NCBI GenBank assembly: GCA_964547465.1
Contig: CAZJNI010000006.1
Span: 2,505 to 66,504, forward strand
Origin: an uncultured Gammaproteobacteria bacterium
GTDB taxonomy: Bacteria > Patescibacteriota > Microgenomatia > Daviesbacterales > UBA10151
DNA length: 64,000 nt
Direction: 5' to 3'
Of this stretch, positions 18,391-27,924 are shown one piece after another. The translations under genes and the position numbers were made by a program. Each line of letters starts with the position of its first letter. Position 1 is the first letter of the stretch. The notes under the pieces were generated by a model. It saw nothing but the letters and a program-made list of their open reading frames with translations, was not told the DNA's origin and did no database searches.

Positions 18391-19281
18391 ATGAAGCATA
18401 GAGTTTTTAATATTTCTTTATTTGTAATTTATATAGCGGGGATGACTGCTTTGATGATCTGGCAAGGGATTGGTATTGATCCGTCAAGATATGCATTTGT
18501 CCTCCTTCTGGCCAGCCTTTTGGTAAAGAGAACCAGATCATTCATTTTGGACTGGACTCCATTTTTATTTATTTTACTATCCTATGATTTTTTAAGAGGA
18601 TTTGCAGACAACTTAAATACCCGTGTTAATTTTACTCTGCTAATTAACGCAGAGAGAGGCATTTTTGGATCCATTCCCACCATTGATCTTCAAAAAATGT
18701 TATACAATCCCTTGCATCCATCCCTTATAGACTTTTTTTTCACTATTTTTTACTTTTTACACTTTGCCCTGCCTTTAAGCTTTGGGTTTATTCTATGGCT
18801 TTACGACAGAAGCCATTTCAGACAATTTGTAACTGGAATATTACTTATCTCTTATACAGCCTGGATTTCATTTTTAATATACCCATCCGCCCCTCCCTGG
18901 CTGGCCTCAAATGAAGGGTATTTGCCTAAGGTATACAAAATATTAGATGTAACTTTAGGAGCTTTCCCGGATAAATGGAATTTGCCTTCTGTTTATCACC
19001 AATTTAATCCAAACCCGGTGGCTGCCATGCCATCGCTACACGGCGGATATCCGGTTCTAGTATTACTTTTTGCCATTAAATTTTTCAGATTGAAAGCTTT
19101 ATTTTTTATTCCATATGTTCTAGGAGTATTTTTGTCGGTTGTTTATTTGGGAGAGCATTATATTGTGGATTTAATAGGAGGTAGCTTGTATGCCCTGATT
19201 TGCTATTTTATTGCAGCAAGATTACATGTAATTGATTGGGGAAGACTAATTAATAAATATATTAAAAGATTGGAGAGTTAA
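18391..19281 (+). CDS. PAP2/Aur1-like integral membrane phosphoesterase/phosphotransferase
   Basis: PSAPPW, AAMPSLH and HYIVDLIGG motifs; multiple TM helices. Confidence 0.88.
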   Translation: MKHRVFNISLFVIYIAGMTALMIWQGIGIDPSRYAFVLLLASLLVKRTRSFILDWTPFLFILLSYDFLRGFADNLNTRVNFTLLINAERGIFGSIPTIDLQKMLYNPLHPSLIDFFFTIFYFLHFALPLSFGFILWLYDRSHFRQFVTGILLISYTAWISFLIYPSAPPWLASNEGYLPKVYKILDVTLGAFPDKWNLPSVYHQFNPNPVAAMPSLHGGYPVLVLLFAIKFFRLKALFFIPYVLGVFLSVVYLGEHYIVDLIGGSLYALICYFIAARLHVIDWGRLINKYIKRLES

Positions 19282-19601
19282 TTTAAGTTCTCTATTTTTG
19301 CAGCTAAAATAAAATCATTTTCTGATAAACCACCAATATTGTGTGTCGTTAAATCAATAACTACTCTTTTGTAGTAAATATGAATATTGGGATGATGATC
19401 CTCCTGCTGGGCCAGTTTTCCCACTTTTTGGGCAAATTCTAATCCGCCTGAATAAGTTTCAAACTTAAATTCGTGTTTGATTTTCTTATCCTCTACAACT
19501 TCCCAGTCTAACTTTAATTGTTTTAATAATGGCTCATATTCTTTTGGTTCAAGCGGAGGAGTATTAATTTCACAGGGAACACATTTTTTTTGAGATAACA
19601 T
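19278..19601 (-). CDS. phhB: pterin-4-alpha-carbinolamine dehydratase
   Basis: EDHHPNI, LTTH.IGGLSENDFILAAKI and N-terminal CVPC. Confidence 0.9.
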   Translation of the reverse strand: MLSQKKCVPCEINTPPLEPKEYEPLLKQLKLDWEVVEDKKIKHEFKFETYSGGLEFAQKVGKLAQQEDHHPNIHIYYKRVVIDLTTHNIGGLSENDFILAAKIENLN

Positions 19602-19605
19602 TTCG

Positions 19606-20016
19606 TCAAATTATACCTTTTTTCTTTAAAAGGTTTAAATCATGCTGGATTGTTTTTAACTCTGCCCCAATATGCAGAATCACTTTATGTGCTGCTTCTT
19701 CTTCTGTTACATCTTCCTGAATATCTTCTATATCCTCCTCAACTTCCTCCAGGCTTTCAGTATTTCTGTTAACGCTCATCTGGATAAAAATTGCCAGGTA
19801 TATAGCCTCAATAGAAAGCCAGGTAGTAAACATCAAAAGAATAGTACGCAGTTCATAACCTAGGAAGGAAAGTGCCGGAACTGCAACAAATAAACAGGTA
19901 TGAAAAAGTACAGAATAGGGTGTACCCACCCATTTGATAAGCTTGAATGAAATCTGCTCAAGAAAAGTGAGTTTTTGGTGTCCGTTTCCATTACCATTGG
20001 TATATTTTACAGTCAT
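19606..20016 (-). CDS. DUF1003-like membrane protein
   Basis: WVGT, SIEAIYLAIFIQMSVNR; SD AAGGAGG supports the start at 20016. Confidence 0.75.
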   Translation of the reverse strand: MTVKYTNGNGNGHQKLTFLEQISFKLIKWVGTPYSVLFHTCLFVAVPALSFLGYELRTILLMFTTWLSIEAIYLAIFIQMSVNRNTESLEEVEEDIEDIQEDVTEEEAAHKVILHIGAELKTIQHDLNLLKKKGII

Positions 20017-20197
20017 GGCATCCTCCTTTTTAAGTGTATAACGCAATTTAAAACACAAAAAAATCTCTGCCCGTCTTTTCTGGTTTTAGAGATTTCTAAG
20101 TTAATTGTGGCACCGTGAAAAGGGTATGTCAACCCCCCAAAATACGGCTAAAATAATCATGGAATCAATTTTGATTTATAGGTATAATAACCCTTAA

Positions 20198-20279
20198 GCT
20201 GATGTGGTGGAATGGCATACACGTTCGCCTTAAGAGCGAATGCCCAAAAGGCATGTGGGTTCGACTCCCACCATCAGCA
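20198..20279 (+). tRNA. tRNA-Leu(TAA)
   Basis: Anticodon arm TTCGC-CT TAA GA-GCGAA; long variable arm; TATAAT upstream. Confidence 0.95.
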
Positions 20280-20400
20280 CTGACACCGAAAGTCAGTTCA
20301 AAGGACTGATTTTCGGTGGCATGATGGTATTGGAGAGAATCCCAGCTCGAAGAGCGGTTCGTTCTCGCCGAAGGCGAGGTATTCCTCCCACCATCAGCAC

Positions 20401-20472
20401 CGGGGTCTAGTTCATCGGTAGAACGCTCGCTTTGGGAGCGAGAAGTACAGGGTTCAATTCCCTGGACCCCGA
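20401..20472 (+). tRNA. tRNA-Pro(TGG)
   Basis: CGGGGTC acceptor stem; anticodon arm CTCGC-TT TGG GA-GCGAG. Confidence 0.95.
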
Positions 20473-20483
20473 CAAAGAATTTC

Positions 20484-21122
20484 TTAGCTCTTATCTAGTA
20501 TGAAAGTAACCTCCATATTTAAAAAGGAAAAAATTTTATCTTTTATCCTAAAGCCGGAGGCATTAATTAGTTTTTCAAGCTGTGTATGGTGAAAAGGATG
20601 TAGATGAGCTCCTTGCCAGATTTTACCCTGGGTATTTTCCCAGATAAACCAGACTATCCTAAAAAGCAAACTGCCGGAATCCATCGAAAGAATTAAAGTC
20701 CCGTTTTTTTTTAAAACTCTTTTAATTTCTCTTAAACATCCTTCAGGATCTTCCACATGCTCAATGGTTTCGTAAAATAAAATTAATTCGAAAGTATTTT
20801 TTTTAAATGGTAATTTGTTAGCAGACGCGATTTTAAACTTTATGTCAGGGTAAGTTTTCCTGGCATACTCAATAGCCTTATCGTATACATCAATGCCATA
20901 ATATTTGGCATCCGGATAAAATGAAGCAATTTTTGAAACCATATATCCTGAAGCGCAACCTATATCAAGGCAATTTTTAAACTTAAGACGGGAGAGTATA
21001 TATTTAGCCAGTTTAATTTTATGGGAATGCCAAAGCCACTGAAAGAGATTTCTCTTTACCCCTTTTTGATAATAAGTTACCGGGACTTGATTCCAAATTT
21101 TATATAAATTGTGGTTTTTCAT
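20484..21122 (-). CDS. class I SAM-dependent methyltransferase
   Basis: LDIGCASG, YGID, LPF, ETIEHV and EIKRVLK..G. Confidence 0.9.
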   Translation of the reverse strand: MKNHNLYKIWNQVPVTYYQKGVKRNLFQWLWHSHKIKLAKYILSRLKFKNCLDIGCASGYMVSKIASFYPDAKYYGIDVYDKAIEYARKTYPDIKFKIASANKLPFKKNTFELILFYETIEHVEDPEGCLREIKRVLKKNGTLILSMDSGSLLFRIVWFIWENTQGKIWQGAHLHPFHHTQLEKLINASGFRIKDKIFSFLNMEVTFILDKS

Positions 21123-21162
21123 ATTGACAATTTAGAAAAGTTAGATTATCTTAAGCTTTCTA

Positions 21163-21822
21163 ATGAAAAAAATACAGAAGAAATTATTTTTTGTAGGAAT
21201 ATTTACCATTTTGGCATTTATTTCCCTGCAGATTCCCTTCAATAAACTGGCCGGATCGAATGTTTCGTTTACTCTTTTTGATTTTTTTGGCCCAATAGCC
21301 GGGGCGTTTTTAGGACCTTTTTTTGGCATAATTTCCGTATTTTCAGTGATGGTTACCAATAATTTAATAAAGGATGTTCCATGGACAACCGGATCTATAA
21401 TCAGATTATTCCCAACTTTATTTGCTGTATATTATTTTGCATATATTTCTAAAAAAGAGGGGAGATGGATTCTAGTAGTACCGGTTCTTGCAATCATTGC
21501 CTTTTTAGCTCATCCTAATGGTAGACAAGTGCCATATTACACCCTTTTTTGGGTTATACCACTCGTAGCTTACAAATTTAAAGCTAATTTGTGGATGAAG
21601 AGTTTGGGTGCAACATTTACAGCTCACAGCGTCGGTGGGCTGATGTGGATCTGGGCATTTAATTTACCAGCCTCTGTCTGGCAAGGACTTATCCCTGTTG
21701 TAATCTCCGAAAGACTTCTTTTTGCTACAGGCATAGCTGTTTCTTTTATCGTAACCAAAAAGGTTCTAGCTTTTCTCGCCTCCAGGCATGTTCTACCAAA
21801 ATTTGAAGTTTCCCAAAGTTAA
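21163..21822 (+). CDS. multi-TM protein, ECF S-component-like
   Basis: About six TM helices, ~220 aa, FTLFDFFGPIAGAFLGP pattern. Confidence 0.55.
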   Translation: MKKIQKKLFFVGIFTILAFISLQIPFNKLAGSNVSFTLFDFFGPIAGAFLGPFFGIISVFSVMVTNNLIKDVPWTTGSIIRLFPTLFAVYYFAYISKKEGRWILVVPVLAIIAFLAHPNGRQVPYYTLFWVIPLVAYKFKANLWMKSLGATFTAHSVGGLMWIWAFNLPASVWQGLIPVVISERLLFATGIAVSFIVTKKVLAFLASRHVLPKFEVSQS

Positions 21823-22417
21823 AGGAAGACCCTTCTTTTATACAAATTTTGTTTCAACACTAGATGGTAAAGTAGCTGTTAAAAGGGCAGGTTATTGGCC
21901 AATTGGCTCCAGAAATGACTATGAAGTTTTAACCGAATTAAGACTATATGCTGATTGTTTAGTTCATGGTGGAAATTTAGCCAGGGAATTTGGAGAAATT
22001 ACCCAAAGAAGCCTTAAAAAACCAGATTTCAAAAAGTTAAGAAGAAAATTGGGTAAAAACCCCAGCTTGCCGTATTATATTATTACCAACAAACTTCATA
22101 CCGTTTCGTCAATAGACTTCCGATACAGTTTCGTTAGATCTGATCTCAACTTATTGATCAAAGAATTTTGGAATAAAGGTTATAAACATATTTTAGTAGA
22201 AGGTGGCCCTACCCTTTTAGGTTCTTTTTTAAATGAAAACTTAATTGATGAGATTTTCCTGACAATTGCCCCGAAAATTTATGGAAGCCAAAATTTAACC
22301 ACTAAAAATCTGGTGGAAGGGCAATTATTTCCACCCAATCAAATAAAACACCTTAAATTAATTTCTGTAAAGAAACTTAAAGATGAGTTATTTTTAAGAT
22401 ACTCTGTGAGGTCTTAA
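21788..22417 (+). CDS. RibD C-terminal/dihydrofolate reductase-like protein
   Basis: NFVSTLDGK, ILVEGGPTL and LIDEIFLTIAPKIYG. Confidence 0.88.
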   Translation: MFYQNLKFPKVKGRPFFYTNFVSTLDGKVAVKRAGYWPIGSRNDYEVLTELRLYADCLVHGGNLAREFGEITQRSLKKPDFKKLRRKLGKNPSLPYYIITNKLHTVSSIDFRYSFVRSDLNLLIKEFWNKGYKHILVEGGPTLLGSFLNENLIDEIFLTIAPKIYGSQNLTTKNLVEGQLFPPNQIKHLKLISVKKLKDELFLRYSVRS

Positions 22418-22443
22418 GATAACGAAGTTATCGCAAGCTTTGC

Positions 22444-22704
22444 TTAACGGTCTTCTCTTGGTCTGGCAATGTTAACGACAATTTTTCTGCCTTCAACATC
22501 TGTTCCGTTTAAGTTTGAAACAGCATTATTAGCTTCTTCGTCTGTTGACATTTCAACAAAACCAAAGCCTCTTGATCTACCTGTTTCACGGTCTTTAACA
22601 ACTTGAGCGCTGACAACTGTACCTGCTTGTGCAAAAATTTGCGCAAGACCGGCATCATCAACTGACCAAGGCAAAGAACCTACGAACAATTTCTTGTTAT
22701 TCAA
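22444..22704 (-). CDS. RRM RNA-binding protein
   Basis: RNP2 LFVGSL and RNP1 RGFGFVEM; SD AGGAGGTGA. Confidence 0.95.
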   Translation of the reverse strand: MNNKKLFVGSLPWSVDDAGLAQIFAQAGTVVSAQVVKDRETGRSRGFGFVEMSTDEEANNAVSNLNGTDVEGRKIVVNIARPREDR

Positions 22705-22816
22705 AAAAATTCACCTCCTTCATTTTAAAATCATGCGAGGTGAATTACAGTAATACTGAAATATACACTCTACACACTATGTTCTTATTATCTCATATGG
22801 TAAACTAAACAGTCAA

Positions 22817-23578
22817 ATGCCAATCGAGTTTATTCATTCACAAGGAACAAACGGCCATAAAGAAGCTGCAGGCTTTTCTTTAGTAAAAAAATCCCGGCAG
22901 GCTCAACCTCTTGGCCATGTAACTTTTGAGCAATATTCCCAGGAATTAGTCAGATTAGATAGATTCCATCCGTTTAGATCTTTTGGGATTGGACCATTAA
23001 CAGACTATATCGATCCAAGCTCGGGTATGATTAACTTAAGTTATATCGGTATAATCGAATCAGTCGATCACTACTATAGAAAGTTAGGTGTTGATTTTTA
23101 TAACGCTCATATTCGAGAGTGGTATGGGCTGTTGGATATATCTGGTGAATATGCAAAACGTTTAGATCAGAAGGGGGTTGAAACAAGTCATACTTTGACT
23201 GTTTTATGGGCCCATCATTCAGCAAATACTCAAAGGGAAATTGATTATGGTCTTTCCCTGGGAAAAAGAATTATAGTTCTTGATTGGGATGGGTCTTCAG
23301 ATCAGGCATACTTAAATTATTTGAGGGAAAGGATTATGAACTCAACTTCAAAAACCCCCTACCCGTCAGCTGTAATTACTTTCAGAAACACTCAAGAGCT
23401 TGAGAGAAATCTAAAGGAAGCCTGGGATCCTGTTTTGAGAAATCCAACATATACTACTAATCATTGGCTAGCTGGTATTGTTCCAGATGCTGTAAGGATT
23501 TATGGAATTCATGGGGATTCTGTTCCTGTCCTTAGTCATCAGATTGATGGCTCAATTAAATTCAACCTCTCGGAATAA
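22817..23578 (+). CDS. hypothetical protein with a HAD-like DxDG motif
   Basis: 253-aa ORF containing IIVLDWDG. Confidence 0.55.
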   Translation: MPIEFIHSQGTNGHKEAAGFSLVKKSRQAQPLGHVTFEQYSQELVRLDRFHPFRSFGIGPLTDYIDPSSGMINLSYIGIIESVDHYYRKLGVDFYNAHIREWYGLLDISGEYAKRLDQKGVETSHTLTVLWAHHSANTQREIDYGLSLGKRIIVLDWDGSSDQAYLNYLRERIMNSTSKTPYPSAVITFRNTQELERNLKEAWDPVLRNPTYTTNHWLAGIVPDAVRIYGIHGDSVPVLSHQIDGSIKFNLSE

Positions 23579-24750
23579 TCGCGCAATAATCGCGAAATTT
23601 ATCGCGCATTACTTTGATAAAATATAGTAAGTACTGGGGCCACTTCCTTCAACTTTTAATAGCTTATTTGAAACAAGCTTTTTTAATTTAAGCTGAGCTG
23701 CCCTTTTGGAAAGATTCAAAATATCAGAAACATCATCAGAGGTAATTCTACCAGTGGTGGTTAAAAAATCCATAATTTGCAATTCATCCTTATCCAGAAA
23801 TATTTGTTCACTCTTTTTAGAAACTTTACCAAAACCAATAGATTGAATTTGCTCTAAAACTTTTCTGGCTTCAATTAAAAAACCGGCTGTAAAATATTCC
23901 AGCCAGCTGGTAAAATCCATATCCTCTTGATAATTAGCTCCTTGAGCATAATTTTCAGCATTGTAATAAGACATTCTATCCCTATTGTAATAATCTTCTA
24001 ATACCAAAATCTTTCTAAAGTCCCATCCGTCTCTATAAAGTTGAAGTTGTGTTAAAAGCCTGGCTAATCTTCCGTTTCCGTCCGTAAAAGGATGAATTGT
24101 GACAAATTGTAAATGCAGGATTCCTGCCCTGATAATTGGATGAATACCATCTTTTTTAGATTTATCCAACCACTCCAGTAAATCCGCGGTCATCCCTGCT
24201 AGTTTTTTAGCATCAGGCGCCTTAAACCTAACCTTTTCTTTTCCTCCACCTAAATCATCCACCACATAAACATCTGCTGGCCTAAATTTACCTGTTTTTG
24301 ATTTCTCCACCAGCCCGTTAATAATCATCTCATGAAGTTTCAGAATCTCACCCAGCGTGATAGAGTGCTTTATTTTTGCCATCTCATCCAGTTTTTGCAA
24401 AGCTTTGTAGTAATTCTCAACTTCCAAAATATCTTTTTGGGAAGCTTTAACCGGCTTACCTTCCAAAACTTTACCCACCTCAAATTGGGCTAATCTATTT
24501 CCTTCAATAGAAGTTGAAGTGTGAGCCATCCTTAGAATTGCCTGGCGCCTCAATTGGGCCTCATTTAGAGGAAGTACACGGGACCTCTCAATAATTGCCT
24601 TAATTTCAGCAATCTCTGTCATATTGGATAGGGTTTTAGGAGAAATAGAATAAACAGGCTCTAACATAGTCTCTATTATATCATAAAACCCGCCTAGACT
24701 TGACGTCTAGTCGAGGCTGGTCGCGCAATAATCGCGAAATCTATCGCGCA
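23579..24750. repeat. 30-bp direct repeat flanking the fic gene
   Basis: tcgcgcaataatcgcgaaatYtatcgcgca at 23579-23608 and 24721-24750. Confidence 0.9.
23609..24667 (-). CDS. Fic (AMPylase) family protein with C-terminal wHTH
   Basis: HPFTDGNGRLAR; inhibitory-type STSIEGN; C-terminal helix-turn-helix-wing. Confidence 0.93.
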   Translation of the reverse strand: MLEPVYSISPKTLSNMTEIAEIKAIIERSRVLPLNEAQLRRQAILRMAHTSTSIEGNRLAQFEVGKVLEGKPVKASQKDILEVENYYKALQKLDEMAKIKHSITLGEILKLHEMIINGLVEKSKTGKFRPADVYVVDDLGGGKEKVRFKAPDAKKLAGMTADLLEWLDKSKKDGIHPIIRAGILHLQFVTIHPFTDGNGRLARLLTQLQLYRDGWDFRKILVLEDYYNRDRMSYYNAENYAQGANYQEDMDFTSWLEYFTAGFLIEARKVLEQIQSIGFGKVSKKSEQIFLDKDELQIMDFLTTTGRITSDDVSDILNLSKRAAQLKLKKLVSNKLLKVEGSGPSTYYILSK

Positions 24751-24761
24751 AAGGACCCACT

Positions 24762-24815
24762 TTCATTCCTGCAAAAGCAGGAATCTATATAGATCCTGAT
24801 TTTCATCAGGATAAC
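24762..24815. repeat. degenerate intergenic GTCATTCC-type palindromic element
   Basis: ttcattcctgcaaaagcaggaatct...agatcctgattttcatcaggataac, same architecture as 63078-63144. Confidence 0.7.
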
Positions 24816-24841
24816 TCTAGGAGTTAGTATATAATATTTTA

Positions 24842-26566
24842 ATGACAGGCAAAATAACTATTTTTCTACTTCTCTTTTTCGTCTTCTCGTTCCTTTTTAG
24901 AACTGACTCCTCATTTGACCAGGATTTGGGAAGACACATAAAGCTGGGAGAAATCATAGTACAAACCCACCAGGTCCCGACAACAAACCTTTTCTCCTAT
25001 ACCAATCCCGATTTTCCTTTCATAAATACCCACTGGCTGTTTGAGGTATTTGTGTATCTTTGGAGCACATCCCTGGGTTTGCAGTCCTTACTTATTTTCA
25101 AAATTATTATTTTTTTGTTATCAGTCTGGCTGATCTTTAAGATAGTTCCTAAAGATAGGAGAGTTTTACTGCTACCAATAGGTTTTATTTTTCTGCATGT
25201 TCTAAGGGAAAGACTGGAGCTTAGACCGGAAATTTTCAGCTTCCTGTTCACAGCCAGTACCTATTATATTCTTGAAACGTACACATCGTCATTGCGGGCC
25301 CCGAAGGGGCGTGGCAATCTAATCTTTCTATTACCCCTTATCCAACTCATTTGGGTAAACACCCATATTTATTTTTTTGTGGGGTTAACCCTACAAGCTA
25401 TTTTTCTGATCCATTTATTATTTGAAAGAACAGGTGCCAAGCTAGTCCACCCTCCAGGTGGATTACGTTGGCACCTACTCTTAATCACTCTGTCTTTATC
25501 CATTCTGTTAAGTTTTCTAAACCCGAATGGTTTATCTGGGATTTTATACCCTCTTAATGTTACTAAAAATTATGGCTATACAATTGTTGAAAATCAAACC
25601 ATGTTTTTACTGGAAAATATTGGCTTTAGAGATCCTAACTTTTTATTTGTTAAATTATCGGCAACAATTATTGCGATCGCTTTTTTTGTTACCTTTATTA
25701 AAAAGCGGGTAGATTTAAAAAATATACTGGTACCACTTACCGGCCTTGGTTTGGCTTTACTTAATGTCAGAAGCTTCCCTTATCTGGTTTTTTTATCTCT
25801 ACCGGCTGTTCTGCAAAATCTTGGTCCGCTTAAAAGAAATCTCGTTACTAGTCTTTTGTTTTTAGTCTTTAGTTTTATGTTACTTTTGGAATCTTATTTC
25901 TACCTCAACGGGGATTACTACCGTTTTTCTGATCAGCTTGTTCAGCCAAAACTTGTACTTTTGGAAAGCGGCAAAAAGGCTATGGATTTTGTACTGGCCA
26001 AAGATTTGCCCCAGCCAATTTTTAATAATTTTGATATTGGCAGCTATATTTTATATCGGGGCTATCCAAAATATAAAGTTTTCGTGGATGGCAGGCCGGA
26101 AGCCTATCCGGCTCAATTTTTCACCGGGATTTATATTCCGGGCCAATCAGATTATGCTAATTTTAAGCAGTTAGAGGAACTTTATAAGTTCAAAACAATT
26201 ATTTTTTCCCATACAGACCAGACTCCTTGGGCCAAGACATTTTTACAATCTGTAGTTAAAGATCCGGATTGGAAAATAGTTTATATAGATAATTTCATGA
26301 TTATTTTGGTGAGGGAAGAGGTTGCAAATCAAAAGCAATTACCAGCTATAGATTTATCCAAGCTTAATCCATCTACTTACCAATTTGATAACCATCTTTC
26401 CTATCTTAGATTGGGTATTTTCCTTTTAAGTACAGATCGTGGGATGACCCAACAAAATACAGAATCCGGAAAACAGTTTATTCAAAAAGCCCTGCAGCTT
26501 TTCCCGAATGACCCGATCGCAAATTCATTCTATGGTCAAACTTCCAAAAATCCCTTTTTCTGGTAA
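24842..26566 (+). CDS. polytopic membrane protein, GT-C-like
   Basis: DQDLGRHIKLG, RPEIFS, WVNTH and VFVDGRPEAY; many TM helices. Confidence 0.7.
   Translation: MTGKITIFLLLFFVFSFLFRTDSSFDQDLGRHIKLGEIIVQTHQVPTTNLFSYTNPDFPFINTHWLFEVFVYLWSTSLGLQSLLIFKIIIFLLSVWLIFKIVPKDRRVLLLPIGFIFLHVLRERLELRPEIFSFLFTASTYYILETYTSSLRAPKGRGNLIFLLPLIQLIWVNTHIYFFVGLTLQAIFLIHLLFERTGAKLVHPPGGLRWHLLLITLSLSILLSFLNPNGLSGILYPLNVTKNYGYTIVENQTMFLLENIGFRDPNFLFVKLSATIIAIAFFVTFIKKRVDLKNILVPLTGLGLALLNVRSFPYLVFLSLPAVLQNLGPLKRNLVTSLLFLVFSFMLLLESYFYLNGDYYRFSDQLVQPKLVLLESGKKAMDFVLAKDLPQPIFNNFDIGSYILYRGYPKYKVFVDGRPEAYPAQFFTGIYIPGQSDYANFKQLEELYKFKTIIFSHTDQTPWAKTFLQSVVKDPDWKIVYIDNFMIILVREEVANQKQLPAIDLSKLNPSTYQFDNHLSYLRLGIFLLSTDRGMTQQNTESGKQFIQKALQLFPNDPIANSFYGQTSKNPFFW
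25287..25320. repeat. half GTCATTGCG element, in frame
   Basis: cgtcattgcgggccccgaaggggcgtggcaatct; encodes SSLRAPKGRGNL. Confidence 0.85.
25432..25476. repeat. 45-bp nested palindrome, in frame
   Basis: aggtgccaa...tccaccctccaggtgga...ttggcacct; encodes GAKLVHPPGGLRWHL. Confidence 0.7.
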
Positions 26567-26597
26567 AACTACCGTTTCTGAGATATTTACCACTAAA

Positions 26598-26942
26598 TTA
26601 AGATCTTAACGTGGGAGGGCGTTTTGATTGCTTCTCTATGTCTCCTTGAAATCTATGGTATTGATAAGTTCTATATCCGACGGCTAATAGACTAACCCCA
26701 CAGAATAGTAAAAAACCAACCATACCCGTTGAGGCCAATAAAGCCTCTTCTGTATATGGATCTAATTGCCCCTGTTGAATTTCTCCTAGACTTTTGCTAA
26801 GTGGATAATACTTTTGACTTACATAAGTCATATCTGTTAAAAAACCGATTATACCCACTGCCATTAAACCCATGTTAAAAAATGCACGCTCCATGCTCTG
26901 TTGGCGTCTTAATTCTATATTTCCTGGTATTTTTTCGGACAT
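26598..26942 (-). CDS. two-TM hypothetical protein
   Basis: 114-aa ORF with TATAAT upstream. Confidence 0.55.
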   Translation of the reverse strand: MSEKIPGNIELRRQQSMERAFFNMGLMAVGIIGFLTDMTYVSQKYYPLSKSLGEIQQGQLDPYTEEALLASTGMVGFLLFCGVSLLAVGYRTYQYHRFQGDIEKQSKRPPTLRS

Positions 26943-26991
26943 AGTGATGGCATTATAGCAAAAAATAGCTATAGGTTAAACTCAATCTTAA

Positions 26992-27909
26992 TCAATTTAG
27001 GGCTTTTTTGGATTTTAGGAAGAAATAACTTACAATTATAGCTGTTGCAACAGGGGATAGCCACTGTGGAATATGTAATCCAAAACTATCCAGCAGCATA
27101 ATTGTTCCCAATACCAACACTGAATACATGGCCCCGTTTTTTAAGAAAACATATTTTTTGATCCTGTCTATGTTGTGGATAGTGAGCTCCCTTACTACAA
27201 AAGCACCAACTCCATTTCCCAGCAAAATCAGAGGTACTGATAGGGTAAAAGCAAAGGCTCCAATCACCCCGTCTATCGAGAAAGTAGCATCAATTACCTC
27301 CAGATAAAAGATCTTGCTTAAATCAGACCTGGTGCTTTTTAAAAGTTTTTCCTCACTTTTTTGAGCATTCTCTTTAAATCCATGGGTAATAAAAAAAGCA
27401 GTTGATCCTACCACTGCCCCAAAAGCCATCAGGGGATTTTGCTGAATGGAAAACCAAACCACCAATGCCAAAATTATAGAAACTACAGCATAAAACCAAA
27501 CACCTTGCGAGAAAAAGAAGTGTTCACCTTTAAGCCCAAATTTTTTGGGTTCTAAAAACAGCCAGTGGAAAAACAAAAATATTAAAAAAATCCCTCCTCC
27601 TGACAGTAAAATAGGGGCTGATGCCTCTATCGCCTCAACTACCGATGTGTCAGATGAAAATGAGGCTGTCAGGGCTCCTAGCGGCCCCAAAGCAGGGTTG
27701 GTTGCCCAGACTATGGCCCAAGGCAGAGCACCCCGCAGTAGGAAAACTGCAATGAGCAGTCCCCAAAGTAAAAACCATTTTCTGGCACGCTGCCCCATGG
27801 TGGATAAAACCTGGGCATTTATAATGGCGTTATCAACAGATGATACTGTTTCAAATAAAATCAAACCTGAAATAATCAAAAGGATTGATAAAATCTCCAT
27901 ATTCTGCAA
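26992..27909 (-). CDS. DUF475/TerC-like membrane protein
   Basis: ETVSSVDNAIINA and YLEVIDATFSIDGVIGAFA. Confidence 0.88.
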   Translation of the reverse strand: MQNMEILSILLIISGLILFETVSSVDNAIINAQVLSTMGQRARKWFLLWGLLIAVFLLRGALPWAIVWATNPALGPLGALTASFSSDTSVVEAIEASAPILLSGGGIFLIFLFFHWLFLEPKKFGLKGEHFFFSQGVWFYAVVSIILALVVWFSIQQNPLMAFGAVVGSTAFFITHGFKENAQKSEEKLLKSTRSDLSKIFYLEVIDATFSIDGVIGAFAFTLSVPLILLGNGVGAFVVRELTIHNIDRIKKYVFLKNGAMYSVLVLGTIMLLDSFGLHIPQWLSPVATAIIVSYFFLKSKKALN

Positions 27910-27924
27910 TTATATTAAATCATT

